Source: Sphaerodactylus townsendi (taxonomy: Eukaryota). Taken from it: a stretch of DNA of 64,000 nucleotides. The stretch lies in the NCBI RefSeq assembly GCF_021028975.2, contig NC_059428.1, positions 119,784,001 to 119,848,000 of the forward strand, given 5' to 3'. Positions 27,620-39,949 of the stretch are shown piece by piece. Position numbers and translations under genes: made by a program. The notes under the pieces were generated by a model, which saw nothing but the letters and a program-made list of their open reading frames with translations, did not search any database and was not told the origin of the DNA. Each line of letters starts with the position of its first letter. Positions within the stretch are counted from its first letter, which is position 1.

Positions 27620-27958
27620 TGTAAGGAATTCCAAAGAGCAGAAATAAAAGGCTTTTGGATATAAGACCGTTTATTCAGACATCTTAGAAAGCACACACAC
27701 ACGACATGACAGGAATGAGGCCTCCCGCCCAAACTACAGGTTACTCATAAATTACTCCAATCCCTTCCCCCTCCCGCAACGGAGCCCATCCAGGCCCATC
27801 TCATGAAGAACCAGGAATGCTCATCTTAGTCAAGCAAGATAAGCCCGTCCACCAAAAGGTTGTTACCCGCCCGCTTCTGGCCCGCCGACCCGGCTGAGAG
27901 GCGTCCGTCAGAGCCAGCTGGCTGGGAGAGAACCAGAGCAGACCTGCCATCACTTACA
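27620..27958 (-). repeat. 3' LTR
   Basis: Homologous to 33165-33465; minus-strand AATAAA at 27670-27675; preceded on the minus strand by purine-rich gggaagcagag (PPT-like). Confidence 0.9.
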
Positions 27959-27959
27959 C

Positions 27960-28160
27960 TCTGCTTCCCAAAGAAAACCTCCCCGGCTTGTCAGGAAAGG
28001 CTTTGTGAAAAGCAGCAATGAGGGAGGGGGCATCAATATTTTCTGTATATACCCATTGATTATGATGACCAGAGGGATAGCCAACCCATGAAACTTAGAT
28101 ATTGTAGGCGATTAGCGGGGAAGCGGGGAGTCAGAATAGCATCTATTTCCAAAGTGCTTG
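27960..28160 (-). pseudogene. Integrase C-terminal chromodomain
   Basis: Manual translation: ..LQYL / SWVGYPSGHHNQWVYTENIDAPSLIAAFHKAFPDKPG.., with the stop codon inside the LTR. Confidence 0.85.
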
Positions 28161-29313
28161 TAGCCATCGAATTATAACTGGCGGGGGGGTGGCTCGAGGC
28201 GTCGTGCCAGGCATCTGAAAGCGAGGGAGCCTCAGCTTGAAGGCAAAGCTAGAATATGAAAAGACAGAGGTGAATGTTACTTGCCAATGAGTTAAGAGCA
28301 GTTCAAAGCGAGCAGTAACATCATTGATCACTGCTTTGTAATCGAGAAAAGGGCCCACAAATTTCTTGCCAGAAGTTTTGAATGTTTATTGCCTGCGTCT
28401 CTAAGGTTTTTTAGTGGACAAATAGATTGCGCTAACCATGCTTAGGAAGTCCGGCGGCGCTTGTCCGCCTGAACCTTTTGTGATTCTTACTTAAGGGCCT
28501 GCTGCAAGGTAGAGCTGCACTGTTTTTCCAACCCTCTCGGCTAAGCGAAGGAAATCCATTGTTTGAATTCTGGAGGCTGCAGTACCTCTGCAGGCAGCTG
28601 AGACGATAGCGGATTGGAAAAGGAACCGACCAGAAACACAATCTCCCGAGCCGAAGGATTAACTGCGTTGCTACTATGATTGGCATTGTTATCATACTCT
28701 GCAAAGAGTAAATGCGTCGCACCAATTGTCCTGATGATAGTTAGTGATAACAAAGCGTAAATACTGTTCTAGCGTTCTGTTAAATCCGTTCTGATTAGGC
28801 GTCACTTTGAAGAGCGTGGTAGAGGCGGCTGACCGCTGGGGTGGTTTCCAACAGCTCCAGGAAAGCCTTCAAAACTTAGATATGAATTGGGGACGCGGTT
28901 GGGATACCACCTTATCCGGAGAGGTGTAGAAGGCGATAGATATGTTGGATAAACAAAGCGGAGCCAGTTTAGAGTGCCCGGCCGGGATGGTGGTGCAAAG
29001 GAATAAAATGTGCCTGTTTACAGAAAGATCCACCACCACCCATAAAACAGGTGTTCCGTGGCTCCGACCCAAATCCCGGTTATAAGAATCCACATGGAAA
29101 TGACTTGCCAGAATTAGAGAGATGCAGCAAGGGAGGGTTTTAATGGCAACCCATCGCGGCTTCCGGTATCGACTTGGCTTCCGCACAGAGCGGAACACCG
29201 CTTTGATATCACGTTTCCAATGTCTTTATGCGCGTAGGCCAATACCAGAACTGTAAAGCGGTAGACCAGATGCAACGTTTTCAAAAACCCGAAGTGCCCA
29301 GCTTGACGGGCGT
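28160..29313 (-). pseudogene. Gypsy integrase (zinc finger, DDE core, GPF motif), frameshifted
   Basis: ARQAGHFGFLKTLHLV; VLWVVVDL; PDKVVS..PQFISKF; KFVGPF..VINDVT. Confidence 0.9.
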
Positions 29314-30450
29314 GGTCTCCTTATCTCCCACAGTCCAATTTAGTTCAGCCCCAGAAAACTTTTTTGGACAAATGGCTTCGCAGTACCAATTTGTTTATCT
29401 TTATTTTTTTTCTGCAAAGGAGGCGAAGCGCCTGGCGGCTTATCGAAACATCCACGTACACGATAAAAAGGAAGATCTGGGTCTGGGTGTTTTAGAATTG
29501 TGGTTCTGTAGTAAAAGCTGTTTTTAGCTGCTGGAATGCTGACTGGCATTCTCGAGAGACCAGAGAAGGGAGCTCGAGGGTTTCAGAAAGCCTGCGCGAG
29601 TCTTTGCCTTTGGTACATGTAGGAGATGTTACCGGTGTGGTAGGGCAATTTGTGGAAATTGGGGAATAAAGTCACAATAGAAATTAGCAAAGCCGGGGAA
29701 GGATTGCAGTTCCTTTCTGTTGGTGGGGGCAGGCCATTCAATTACTCGCGGCTATTTTGCTGGGTCCATTTCAAGCCCTCGCGGGGAGATTTGATACCCA
29801 GATAGTCAATGGAGGGCGATGGAAACAGCATTTTGACAACTTGACAAAGAGGGAGTTATCTAGTAAGAGCGTTGTAAGACTTCTGCGTACTAGTTTCTCA
29901 TGCTCCTCAATGTTTTGTGAGTAAATTAATACATCATCTAAATGCTCGACCACCCTTTGTATAACAGATCCTGTAAAACTTCGTTGATAAGAGCCATGAA
30001 GGCTCCTGGAATCCAACTAATCGAATGGCATTATTAAATATTCATATTGTCCAAACTTTGTATTGAAAGCTGTCAAGTGTTCATAGCCTTCATAATCTGG
30101 ACTCTGTAATAAGCCTCTCTTAAGTCAATTTTGGTAAAGATCCGTCCTTTGCCCAATGCATCCAAGAGGTCTTTAATTAAGGGCAAAAGGATACTTGTTG
30201 GATCTGGACACAGCATTCAATCGGTAATCAGTACAAAGTCTTAACGAACCGTCCCTTTTTTTAACAAATAGAAGACAGAGGCATGGGTATGTTTGTGTAC
30301 GTCATTATGAATCCATGAGCCAAGTTTTTTTTTATCTAAGAAGTGGCGGAGTTCCTTCTCCTCGGTAGGACTCATCGCGATAGATTCTACCTTTAGGTAA
30401 CTGAGCTCCAAGGTTGCAGTAAAATTTTGCCAGTCAGTATCCTATGGGGG
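29313..30450 (-). pseudogene. Reverse transcriptase and N-terminal RNase H, frameshifted
   Basis: [81 protein letters not shown]. Confidence 0.92.
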
Positions 30451-30599
30451 GCAATTGGGTCGCACTCCTGTTCTTGAAACACTCTGGATAAGTCTCGTCG
30501 CCCTCTCGCGGGATTTCCGCAGGACCAGGGGCTTGAACAATACATTTAAAGCTTTAGGATCCATGGGCCTGGATTCTCCAGTGAGAGGTGGGCTTTCCT

Positions 30600-31000
30600 C
30601 CCGTTCATGTGATCTCCACAGGGGGGGGATCGAGGAAGTGGAGGATCAGCTCTTTCCATATGATGGTTGGTTCATGTAAAGACAGCCAAGGCATGCCTAA
30701 CACAATAGTGTGTTTGTAACAGGAGCAAAGGATGAAACTTATTTTCTCCCAATGAATTACGACAGCGAATACTGGCTGGGTTTTAAAAGCGTGCGGACCT
30801 TCACCTCCTAGAGGACTACCATCCATTTGGGTGAAGGGAATGCTGGGTTTCACCAAAGGGGACTCGGTCTAAACCAAGTTAAATTGACCACTTGTGGCCT
30901 CAGCATGAGACAGTGGGAACAGCCGAGTCCACAAGTCGCGAGGAAGCCAGAATCTTGGCGATATGTTTACTTGGGTTGGCTAGTGTGGTTAAAATGGTAA
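30600..31000 (-). pseudogene. Aspartic protease, frameshifted
   Basis: LVDS(G)CSHCLM near 30905-30935 (needs one indel); IVLGMPWLSLHEPTIIWK. Confidence 0.8.
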
Positions 31001-31039
31001 TGGGAGCACTGCCTTCACTCACGCATCTGGAGTGGGGTT

Positions 31040-33100
31040 AATGTCACCGGGTGCTGCTGACAGGCAGAGGCGCTACATCTCCGTTCTCGAAATCTTCCTC
31101 GATAGCAGCTTTAAGGCGATCCCTGGTAGGACCTGATTCTGATGGAGGCTTGGCTGCCCGCGAAAGTGTGGCCGAATTTAGGGGTTTTAGCTGGCAGACG
31201 GTTAATGTGGGTGGCCAGGCCCCACTTAGTAAAGGCATAATCAGCGGCGTGACGTTCCGGCGTGGTTTCAGCTCGGCGGCAGGAGTTGGTTTCTGAGTAC
31301 TTGAATTGCTGTGGTGTAAATTAGAAGCGGGTTTTATTTGTGAATGCATCTCTTGTGAAGCGTAGCGCAAAGGCAGAAGACAGCGACTTGTGATCCCCGG
31401 ATTCGATCCATTACGGCTATTGTCCGGGATCGGATGAGATAACAGATTTCAGCGCAGTTTGATGTCCATGCAGCCGAAAGTACTCACATTTTCGTACATT
31501 CCGGCCAATCTGGAGAGTTTACTGGCGCTGCGAAATTCCCGGCGTATTCAGCGAAGAGCGGTTACCTTGTTGGATGGTTTTACTATGCGTGTTACAGCGT
31601 TTTCTGCATCAGGGTCTTGGAAGCGGTAGCGCCTGGAAGGCCCCACTGTCTGCGGTGTCGTCAGCCTGTAATTAAGTGAGAGTAACGAACCATTCAGCAG
31701 CTATGCCATCAATTACTGATCAATGTCTCCGGACTTTCTCCGCGTTCAGAGCGATATAGGTCATCATACTCTTGCATATGGGCATCGAGTTGTAAGATGA
31801 GGTAGGGGGAGTTTGATGCAGTCCCATCAAAGCGAGCTGGGATAGGTGATCTGTAAAATCCTCTCTCAACAGCTTCGAGTGCGTGTTGAGGTTGTTGCTG
31901 TCAGGTGGCCTGGTTGTTGCAAGGGGTAAAGTGGGCGAACTGGAGGAACCGGGAAAGGCTGAAGCCTGAGCAGGTTGGGGGCGCTGAAGTGGACCTCGAG
32001 AAGTACCGTGCCTCCGGTGAGAACTATGAAGCCGGGAGAAGAGTGTAGCCTCTATCTGGAGCTTCACTGCCAGTGTAGCCCGCTGTTTCGCAAATCTCGT
32101 TCTGGGTACGGTAACTCTCTTTCCTTGCGTCAAGGTGTCCTGGTGCACATGCAAGGCAGCCTCGATCAATTTAGCTCGTTCATCTTCGTTGTATGGCTGT
32201 AGTCAGTTCATTCTGCATTTGGATGGCCTTGATGCCTTGGCTGGCGTTGTCAATCCATTTTTGATTGATCAGTACTTTGTCATGAACTGTCGAGATTCTG
32301 CTGCGGAACTGTCGGCGCAGCGGCTTCTTTGATCAACTCCCGGTACCCCGGGTTCACGCGTTGCTTCTCCGGTCCCGTTACCCGAATTTTCACGCTCCCT
32401 CTTCCCAGAGTTTGCGTTAGCTCCCAGGCAAAGTTGGCTTCAGCAGGGCTACTTCATCGTCCCAACTTCCCCTTCGAGGGCATTGGGAGCAGGTCAGGGA
32501 TCGGGGATTTAGTTCCACCTCAGGCGGACTTCTTTTCGATTCCTCCTGACCACTTTCCCGCGAACTCTTCCATCCGTTCACTTGCTCCCAGCTCTGGAGC
32601 GCAGTTTTAAATATGGAACCCTCTACGATCCATCGATCGACTCAGCGTCACTAAGTTCCAGCCTCAGCCCGTAGTCTTGGGGTAGCGCCCGGTACTGTCC
32701 CTGCTGCTCCTTGGGAATATCATCAAAGGAAACATCTAGGGAATCTTTCCATGGATTCCTGGAATTGTCAGCGAGTTGGATTTATGGATACCCAGTTCCT
32801 CAGGGACTGGCTGCATTTAGGGGTTGTAATCCCTTTCGTTAGCCGGAGAAGCGAACCCGATGGAAACAGGCGCCGATCCATGGATAATGCATAGCGTTTC
32901 ATGCATCTCCACCGTGTCGGACCCACCTTGTTCATCCCAATGGAAACAAAGGGGCAAACTTGTACTGTTATCTCTAGGTCTGGAGAGTCGCAGAGAATCG
33001 AGACCATCTCCATCTCCTAGATCACCGAATCTGGAAGGGAAGGCTGAGAGAAGCCCTCTATGGGGCTATGGAATTGCCTTCCACATGATCAGCGTACTCA
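31040..33100 (-). pseudogene. gag (capsid plus CCHC knuckle, long N-terminal part), frameshifted
   Basis: FDG..LQLDAHMQEYDDLYRSER capsid-like region near 31830-31730; LCLY..G..H..VC knuckle remnant near 31240-31190. Confidence 0.7.
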
Positions 33101-33153
33101 ATCTCATGTTAGAACACCAGAGATCCGCCCGATGTAACAGTAGGTTAAAAAGT

Positions 33154-33164
33154 TCCTGTCGCCA
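33154..33164 (-). promoter_or_regulatory. Primer-binding site region
   Basis: TGGCGACAGGA immediately 3' of the 5' LTR on the minus strand. Confidence 0.7.
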
Positions 33165-33465
33165 ATAAAGAATTCCAAGAGCAAGGAAAATAAAAGGCTT
33201 TTGGATATAAGACCGTTTATTCAGACATCTTAGAGCACTGACAGGAATGAGGCCTCCCGCCCAAACTACAGGTTATAGCATTCAATCCCTTCCAGCTGGG
33301 CCATTACTCCAGGCCCATCTCATGGGAACGGAATGCTCATCTTGGTCAGCAAGATAAGCCATCCACCAAGGTTGTTGCCGCCGATTCTGGCCCGCCGCCC
33401 GGCTGGAGGCATTCCGTCAAGGCCAGCTGGCTGGGAGAGAACCAGGCAGACCTGCCATCCTTACA
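33165..33465 (-). repeat. 5' LTR with TATA-like box (33273-33277), initiator (~33248) and AATAAA (33216-33221)
   Basis: Homologous to 27620-27958; minus strand has TATAA about 29 nt upstream of the A of TCATTCC. Confidence 0.88.
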
Positions 33466-33656
33466 ACCAGCACCACAGCACACTATCTGATGCACCACTT
33501 GCTGAGTTCCTGGGGGATTTTGTCTGGGGCTGAGGCCTTGGCACACTCTCTGGAGGGTTGGTGTCAGGGCAGCTGTGATCATTGCTCCCACCACTACTCT
33601 TGGTCCTTTTGTCTGAGCCAGTGTGGAGCTTTGAAATCAATTGAAGTTGTCTAGAG

Positions 33657-33790
33657 CAGGGGTAGGGAACCTGCGGCTCTCCAGATGTTCAGGAACTACA
33701 ATTCCCACCAGCCTCTGTCAGCATGGCCAATTGGCCATGCTGGTAGAAACTGATAGAGATGCAGACCTGCAGACATCTGAGCACTGGGAT
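33657..33790. mobile_element. hAT palindromic MITE
   Basis: Same core (ccagatgtt..actacaattccca..gcatggccaattggcc) as 15332 and 25846. Confidence 0.65.
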
Positions 33791-33887
33791 TCCTAAGCCC
33801 GACTGGCTTTAGGGCAAAGTGGAGGCAATGCCTGCCCTCCAAATAGCCCCTCCTTAGCACTTCCTGGTAGCTGGCTAGAGGTTAGGG

Positions 33888-34207
33888 CAGCCATTCTCAA
33901 CCAGAGTTCCCTGGTACCCTGGGGTACCATGAGCATGTCAGGGTACCCTGCGGCAACTACCACCTCATTTTGTGGTGTTTCCCACCAGCGCCAGCAAGGA
34001 CATGGAGCTGGCCCATGGGGCAGGGTCAGCCACAAGATCAGCAGCCACAACCAACCCCAGTGCTACCTTTCACCCTGGGAGGGGAAGGTGGGGGTGTGGC
34101 AAGCAGGGGCAATGGGAGGGGAAGGTGGAGGGTGGCAGCAGGGGTACCGTGAGATATGAAGAGTGAGGTCAAGGGTACCCTGACCTCGAAAAGGTTGGGA
34201 AACACTG
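33888..34207. mobile_element. hAT MITE
   Basis: TIRs cagccattctcaacc / ggttgggaaacactg; perfect TSD ggttaggg. Confidence 0.8.
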
Positions 34208-34694
34208 GGTTAGGGAGTGCAGGGAAACACTCATGAATTGAGGGAGGGATTCTGACTGAGGGAAAAGTAATCTCCCACTATAGCCCACATCTGCCATATG
34301 GCATTCAGAGAAATACTATTTCTGTGCTAAGTTGTATTTACTAATGGGGAAATGCTAGGTCAGGATTACAGGAAAAGCTTGGAAGCTCAGATAGATCTGA
34401 CCCATTTTGAAAAAAAACCACTATCCTAACGGGAAGGGGGGCTCCCTGAGACGTATTTAAAAACATTGTCTGGCACTCTTACTTGTCATCAATAATTCTT
34501 CTTATGAGTACAAGTAGACAGTCTCTTTCCTGTAATTTTAGCAACTACCACCTCCCCTTTTCCCCTTCTGCTAATACAGCAGCCTCCAAGTAACAGTTAC
34601 ATAAGCAAATACATACTACCATGTCTGAAGGAGTGTGCACTTTGCACTGGAAAAGCGGGATAAATTGTCCACATGACAATGAAATATGGTAAAA

Positions 34695-34820
34695 AGGCAT
34701 ACCCTGACCTCAGGCTAGCATGATCTTATCAGATTCTTGGAAGCTAAGCAAGTTTGGCCCTGGTTAGTACTTAAATGGGAGACCCTCAAGGAAGTCCAGG
34801 ATCACTAGCAGAGGCAGGAG
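34695..34820 (+). mobile_element. 5S rRNA-derived SINE head or 5S pseudogene
   Basis: gatcttatcagattcttggaagctaagcaagtttggccctggttagtacttaaatgggagacc resembles the 5S rRNA internal control region. Confidence 0.75.
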
Positions 34821-34943
34821 CAATATCCGGGGAAAGCAAGAGTTTGAGGAGGGGGAGAATTCAGTAGAGATGTAACACCCTAGAGATCCCCCCACCGAGC
34901 ATCCATTTTACTCTATAGGGAGACTGGATCTTTATTTGTAGAG

Positions 34944-35737
34944 CAGAGGCATACCCACAAGGAAATGGATCCCAGTGGTGGTGCAAAATCTGTTCCCATG
35001 AGTGGCTGCTGTGATGCTGGAATCCATCCCCAAACAGCATCTACTTTCAATGAATTAATTTAAACTAGGAGCCCAGATTCTCCTTTTAAATCCACCTTAA
35101 GCGAGGAGAATATGGGGTCCCAAATAAATAACATTGAAGAAGTAGGTGCTTCATTTGGGGAATGAATATCGCTTCACCCTGAAACAGCATCACTTTCAAT
35201 GTTTAAACTGGGGACTTCAGATTCTCCCTTTAAATCAATGCTGAAGGGAGTACATTTAAAAGGAGAATCCGTGGGAAAAATTTTTTGGGAGGGTCCTGTT
35301 ATCAGGGGTGCTATTATTAAGATAGCAGCACCAAATTTTCCGGGTGCCTTCAGGAGACCCCCTTAATGATACCACCCAGGTTTGGTGAAGTTTGGGTCAG
35401 AAGGTCCAAAGTTATGGATCCTCAAATGTGTAGCCCCATCTCCTATTAGCTCACATTGAAAACAATGGGGGATGGGGCACCTGATTTGGGAGTCCATAAC
35501 TTTGGACCCCCTAAGCCAAACCTCACCAAACCTGGGTGACATCATCAAGATAGTCTCCTGAAAAATCCCTGAAATTTTGGTGCTGCTAGCCTAAACACTG
35601 TGTCCCCTGCAGGCCAAAACAGAAAGAACACCGAAAATACAAAAAACCCACAAACGGACCTGCATTTCTTGCGCCCCTCACAAGGGGGCACCCAGGGACA
35701 TTGGACTCCCCATGTCTCCATTGCAGGTACACCACTG
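34944..35737. mobile_element. hAT-like non-autonomous DNA transposon
   Basis: TIRs cagaggcatacc / ggtacaccactg; near-TSD ttgtagag / ttgtaggg; internal repeats. Confidence 0.6.
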
Positions 35738-38700
35738 GTTGTAGGGTTGCCATTCTCCCAGTAGAGCCTGGAGATCCCCCAGAATTACAACTGATCTCTA
35801 AATTACAATGATCAGATCCCTTGGAGAAAACAATTTCTCAGTCCCAATTTGTCAACCCTACTCTGTAGTCTAATTCCAGGAATTCCATGTCCCACCTTGG
35901 TAAACTTGGATATGGACCTCAACCCTGTGCACTGTGCCACAATGATGGAGATGTGTTTAACATCTCCAAAGGAGTGAGAATATTTTATCCAAGCAACAGC
36001 ACTTTATACTAAAAAATACTAGCTTTTTAGGTGAAGTTCTTATACTTTTTTTTCTTTTAAAAATACCTTACTAATATCCTTTTGGCTTCATTCACACTTA
36101 TTCATTAAATGCCAGGAACACAGAATAAATGGAACAGGGCAAGGAAAATATGTTAAGTGAAAGTTCCTTTTAGACTGTCTAAATCATTTACACTCTTGGC
36201 ACTTGAGCTGAACACCCTTTTAAGGAGGGTTTCTAACAGTTTTGCAAGGAAAAGCTCTGGAGAATATCTTGCATACATTATTTCGATCCCGGCATTTTTA
36301 AACTAATATCTTTTCTTAATATCTTATAATACCAGCTTTTCATGATCAAACACAGAACCATTTCATAAGCCCTCCCTAAAAGTTTGTATCTCTGTAATTA
36401 GAAATATCACTGTCAGGTTGCGAACAATGCAAGTAAGGCACAGAACAATGCTAGAGTAAGGCATATTTAGCAAAGACAAAATAAAATGAGCTTGTACTCT
36501 GCAAAAGCTTTAAAGGCAGCTTGGGGAATCTCACCTGTCAGTGAAGGAATCACTGTCAAGATATTACAGTGAAGGAACTATTCTATTCTGAATAAACCCT
36601 GACTGAGAACCAGGTCATGTCAATGACTGGTACTAGATATCCCAACCCTTGTGTAGCTGGTAGCAGTTATGTCTGTTGACCTCCTCCCAATAACCCAACT
36701 TAGGGTTGCAGAAATCAGGTTTATTGCATCAGAGTAATGAATAGGTACATTCCAGAGGGTTGTTTTTCCCCCTGAATCTAACATTCACACACAAAGCAGC
36801 GATCTATATCCCCAGCTATGTACCCCTCTCCTAACGGTGTTCACCAAAAGCAAAAGCATTCTCGGGCTGTGCAGCTCTTCCAAAGTGCTATTTGGCTCAG
36901 TTGGGAATATCCATTACTACCAGTCTCTAAACAAAGCATAAGCTTTATTCATTACAAGGGACTCTCCGGTGCCACAGTCTCCTGGTCTCCCATGGGTGAA
37001 CATGGCAAGATCCAAGGGGGATGGGACTTAACCGTAGCATGTTAGGTTTGAGAGGGTTTTTTTTTTAAAAAAAAAAATTCCAGTTCCACAATTTCCTGAG
37101 GTGGACAGCTTTGTATGCTGGGCCACACAAGCCAGATAACCAGGAGCAGCAATCCAGATGTTTGCATCTTGGTTCTGCCTTCCAAATACTGCTATAAAAT
37201 GAGATAATCCCATGGATGTCGTCCTCAGATCCTTAGAGAAAAACTGAGGCACAAATACTAAAAAGAAGCACAAGTGATCACAGATGTTGACCTGGATCCA
37301 TTCAAAACATCTACTGTTTTAAATGGAGAGAGGGGTCCTCTTTGTCAACCAAAAAAGTTATGCTGAAGATGATGAGGCCTACATGGACAAAGACCATGAG
37401 GGATGGAGGTTGTGGTAAGGAAGAGGACTGGTCAAGAATGAGTGGAATACTTGCCTGGATCTAACACATTGTTTGCATTCTAATAACCTAATAATTTCAC
37501 TCTCTGTCTGTTTGTCTGTCTGCCTAATTAATTCTAGCCATGTATGCACCTGCAGTCATCTGTGACATGTTCGGAAGAGGAAAGGTTAATTTTATTAGCC
37601 ACATTAGCACACTCTGTTCTTTTAATCCAGTGTTACACAAAGGTGTCAAGAAGTTGTGTCTTATATATATAGTGCTTATGCATTATTAAAACTGAACCCG
37701 TCATAGGAAGAAACAGAAATACGTTCTGCTTACGCATGTCTGCTCTCTAGTGGTTTCTGTGAAATTAATGATTTTTTTTGTTAACTCTAGTGTCTTTGGT
37801 GTTTCAGTTCATGCATTAAGTTTCTAGCTTTCCTGTTTTACAGAGCATAAACACATGAAAAAAAATATAGATGGATTAAATGTGCCACTGAAGCTTGTGT
37901 CTAACAAATAAATGAGGTTACAACTAAGCTGAAGTTCAAACCTTCTAAGACCCTTTATTTTCAGTGGAAGGATACCTGAGTGTAAGCTTGGATCCCAGTG
38001 TAGATTTCCACAGCTAGGAGAGGGGGAGTGATTTTCCCCCAATCCTCTTCTCTGGCTTCAGGCCTCTAACTCTCCCTCAAGCCTCCTAGGAGGTCCCCTG
38101 TTCCCAGGACAGCATTTCAGGGAATATTTTGGGTTGCAGTGGAAGTGAACAACAAGGAAGCAATACTCCATGGACAGAAATCCTTTCTGTCTGTGGAAAC
38201 TGACCATGGAATCCAACCCACTAGTTTTAATTCTCCAACTGAAAATAGCTCCTCAAAGTGCTGAACTGAGATTGGACTATAAACTAAATCCCCAGTACTG
38301 TCATAAACTGGCCTGCTAAAAACCAGAATGTACATGCTATGAATGCTTGCCAGGTGGTCTTAGGAAAATGATCACACACTCTAAGACTAATCTGAAAGTT
38401 ATGAGGGTAAAATGGAAAAGCAAATGATGTAAGCAATTTGGGTCCTCATTAGGGAGAAGAGTGTAACACAGTCCAGTCCAGTCCAGAACCTTTAATAGGC
38501 ATATATCGTAACACAAATGAAGCAAATAAATAAATATCAGCCAAGTATTGCTGCCATAATTTTACCTCCCCCCCAAAAAAAGGTGATAGCTGAACCATAT
38601 TTGCAGCAGCCGTTTTGTGTCAAACTGAAGACAGATTGCATGTAGAAACATTTCTGCGGGCACAACTTCTTTTGCCCACTTGACATGCTTTCCTTTCTTC

Positions 38701-39949
38701 CCTTCCATGGCAATTGATACTGTCCCTGAGATCTTGTTCTGTAGTAGTCTAAGGACAAGATTTCAGGGGGTATTTCATGGTAGGCAGGAAAATCTCATTT
38801 CATGCATGGAACTCCTTGCACCCAAGGACACATTAGCCCATACCCTCACTATGACAATTTCTTGTTCTGTTGGCCTGAAGGGGTTTAGTGTTGATCCCAT
38901 TTCACCAAGCAAACTAATTTGAGTCTCTGTTGCTCTGTCCCTAAACCAGATCAGTATGTAGTTGATTTTAACCTCAGAGCAATGCTAGGTGAATTGTTTC
39001 CAGTCCCATTTTTTTTGTATTTTTTCAACCAGATCTTGCAGAGGGTAATTACACAACTAAGTATCACATTTTATGACACACTCTAAACAGAAATTGAGCA
39101 GTAGCTTATCTAGCCCAAATTCTTACATAGCTTTTTTATTTCACAAGATACAAGAAATGTTGAATCTAATAATTAAGGAACCATATAAGAGCCTAAATTA
39201 TCCCTTGATGCCACCACATCCTGAGGGCATCATGAGACCAGAAGCAACAACGAGCTTTTTCCAGTTCTTTAGGACCAGCATTATCAAACTCCCTAATTAT
39301 TTTCACTTCTTATTGCAATATCATATTTATTTATTTATTTATTATTTAAATTTTTATACCGCCCCATCCCCAAGGGCTCTTAATACCATTGATGCAAACA
39401 ATGTTACTACTTTGGATTTAACCCTTCTTGATTTTTGGAAGCCACCTTGAGAATAAACCCACAAAAGTTGTGAGCTTATAAAAGAGCTTTTTTCAACCTT
39501 CCTACTTACTCTGGATATGGTTTTGAATATCTTATCCCAGTTATTTTGATACATGATAGGATTCCATTTCTTCCTTGTGAAATGGGTAGGCCGATTCAAG
39601 TGGCCAGGGGCTTGAACATGGAGCAGCAGCCTCACCACCCTGTGATCCCAGGGACTTCTAAGTGGCATGGGGAGGCCAAAACCACAAAATAGCCTCCCAT
39701 CTGCCAACTTATACCACTATTACCCATGCAAACTGACAGATTAAGAGAAAAGGGCCTGGATTGCATAGGAATTCTTTTGAAAACCTGGAGTGCTCCTGGG
39801 GACTGTACACCACGATGTCATGACAACTGTTTTTGTCCCATTTCCTACTGTTACCTCCAGCATGGTGTAGCAACAGAAAAAAGGGGTGGTGGAGGGCTTG
39901 AAGATCTGCCCATTGTCATGGTTGGACCACCATTTCGTGAAATTTGGAC

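Larger units (their letters stand above)
27620..33465 (-). mobile_element. Ty3/Gypsy chromovirus LTR retrotransposon (Tf1/Sushi type)
   Basis: Two homologous LTRs with tgtaagg...ccttaca termini; gag-PR-RT-RH-IN-chromodomain order on the minus strand; many frameshifts. Confidence 0.95.

Noticed and set aside
27612-33472. TSD of the Gypsy element
   Set aside because: Flanks cccaa and accag match only partly, so a TSD cannot be called given local sequence noise
34621-34660. Possible second hammerhead (ctgaagga..gtgca..tgcac..gaaa)
   Set aside because: The core deviates from CUGANGA and no stem I or cleavage triplet can be built; at most a decayed PLE remnant
34695-34820. Functional 5S rRNA gene
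   Set aside because: Many substitutions, and the ends do not match 5S; no T-run terminator
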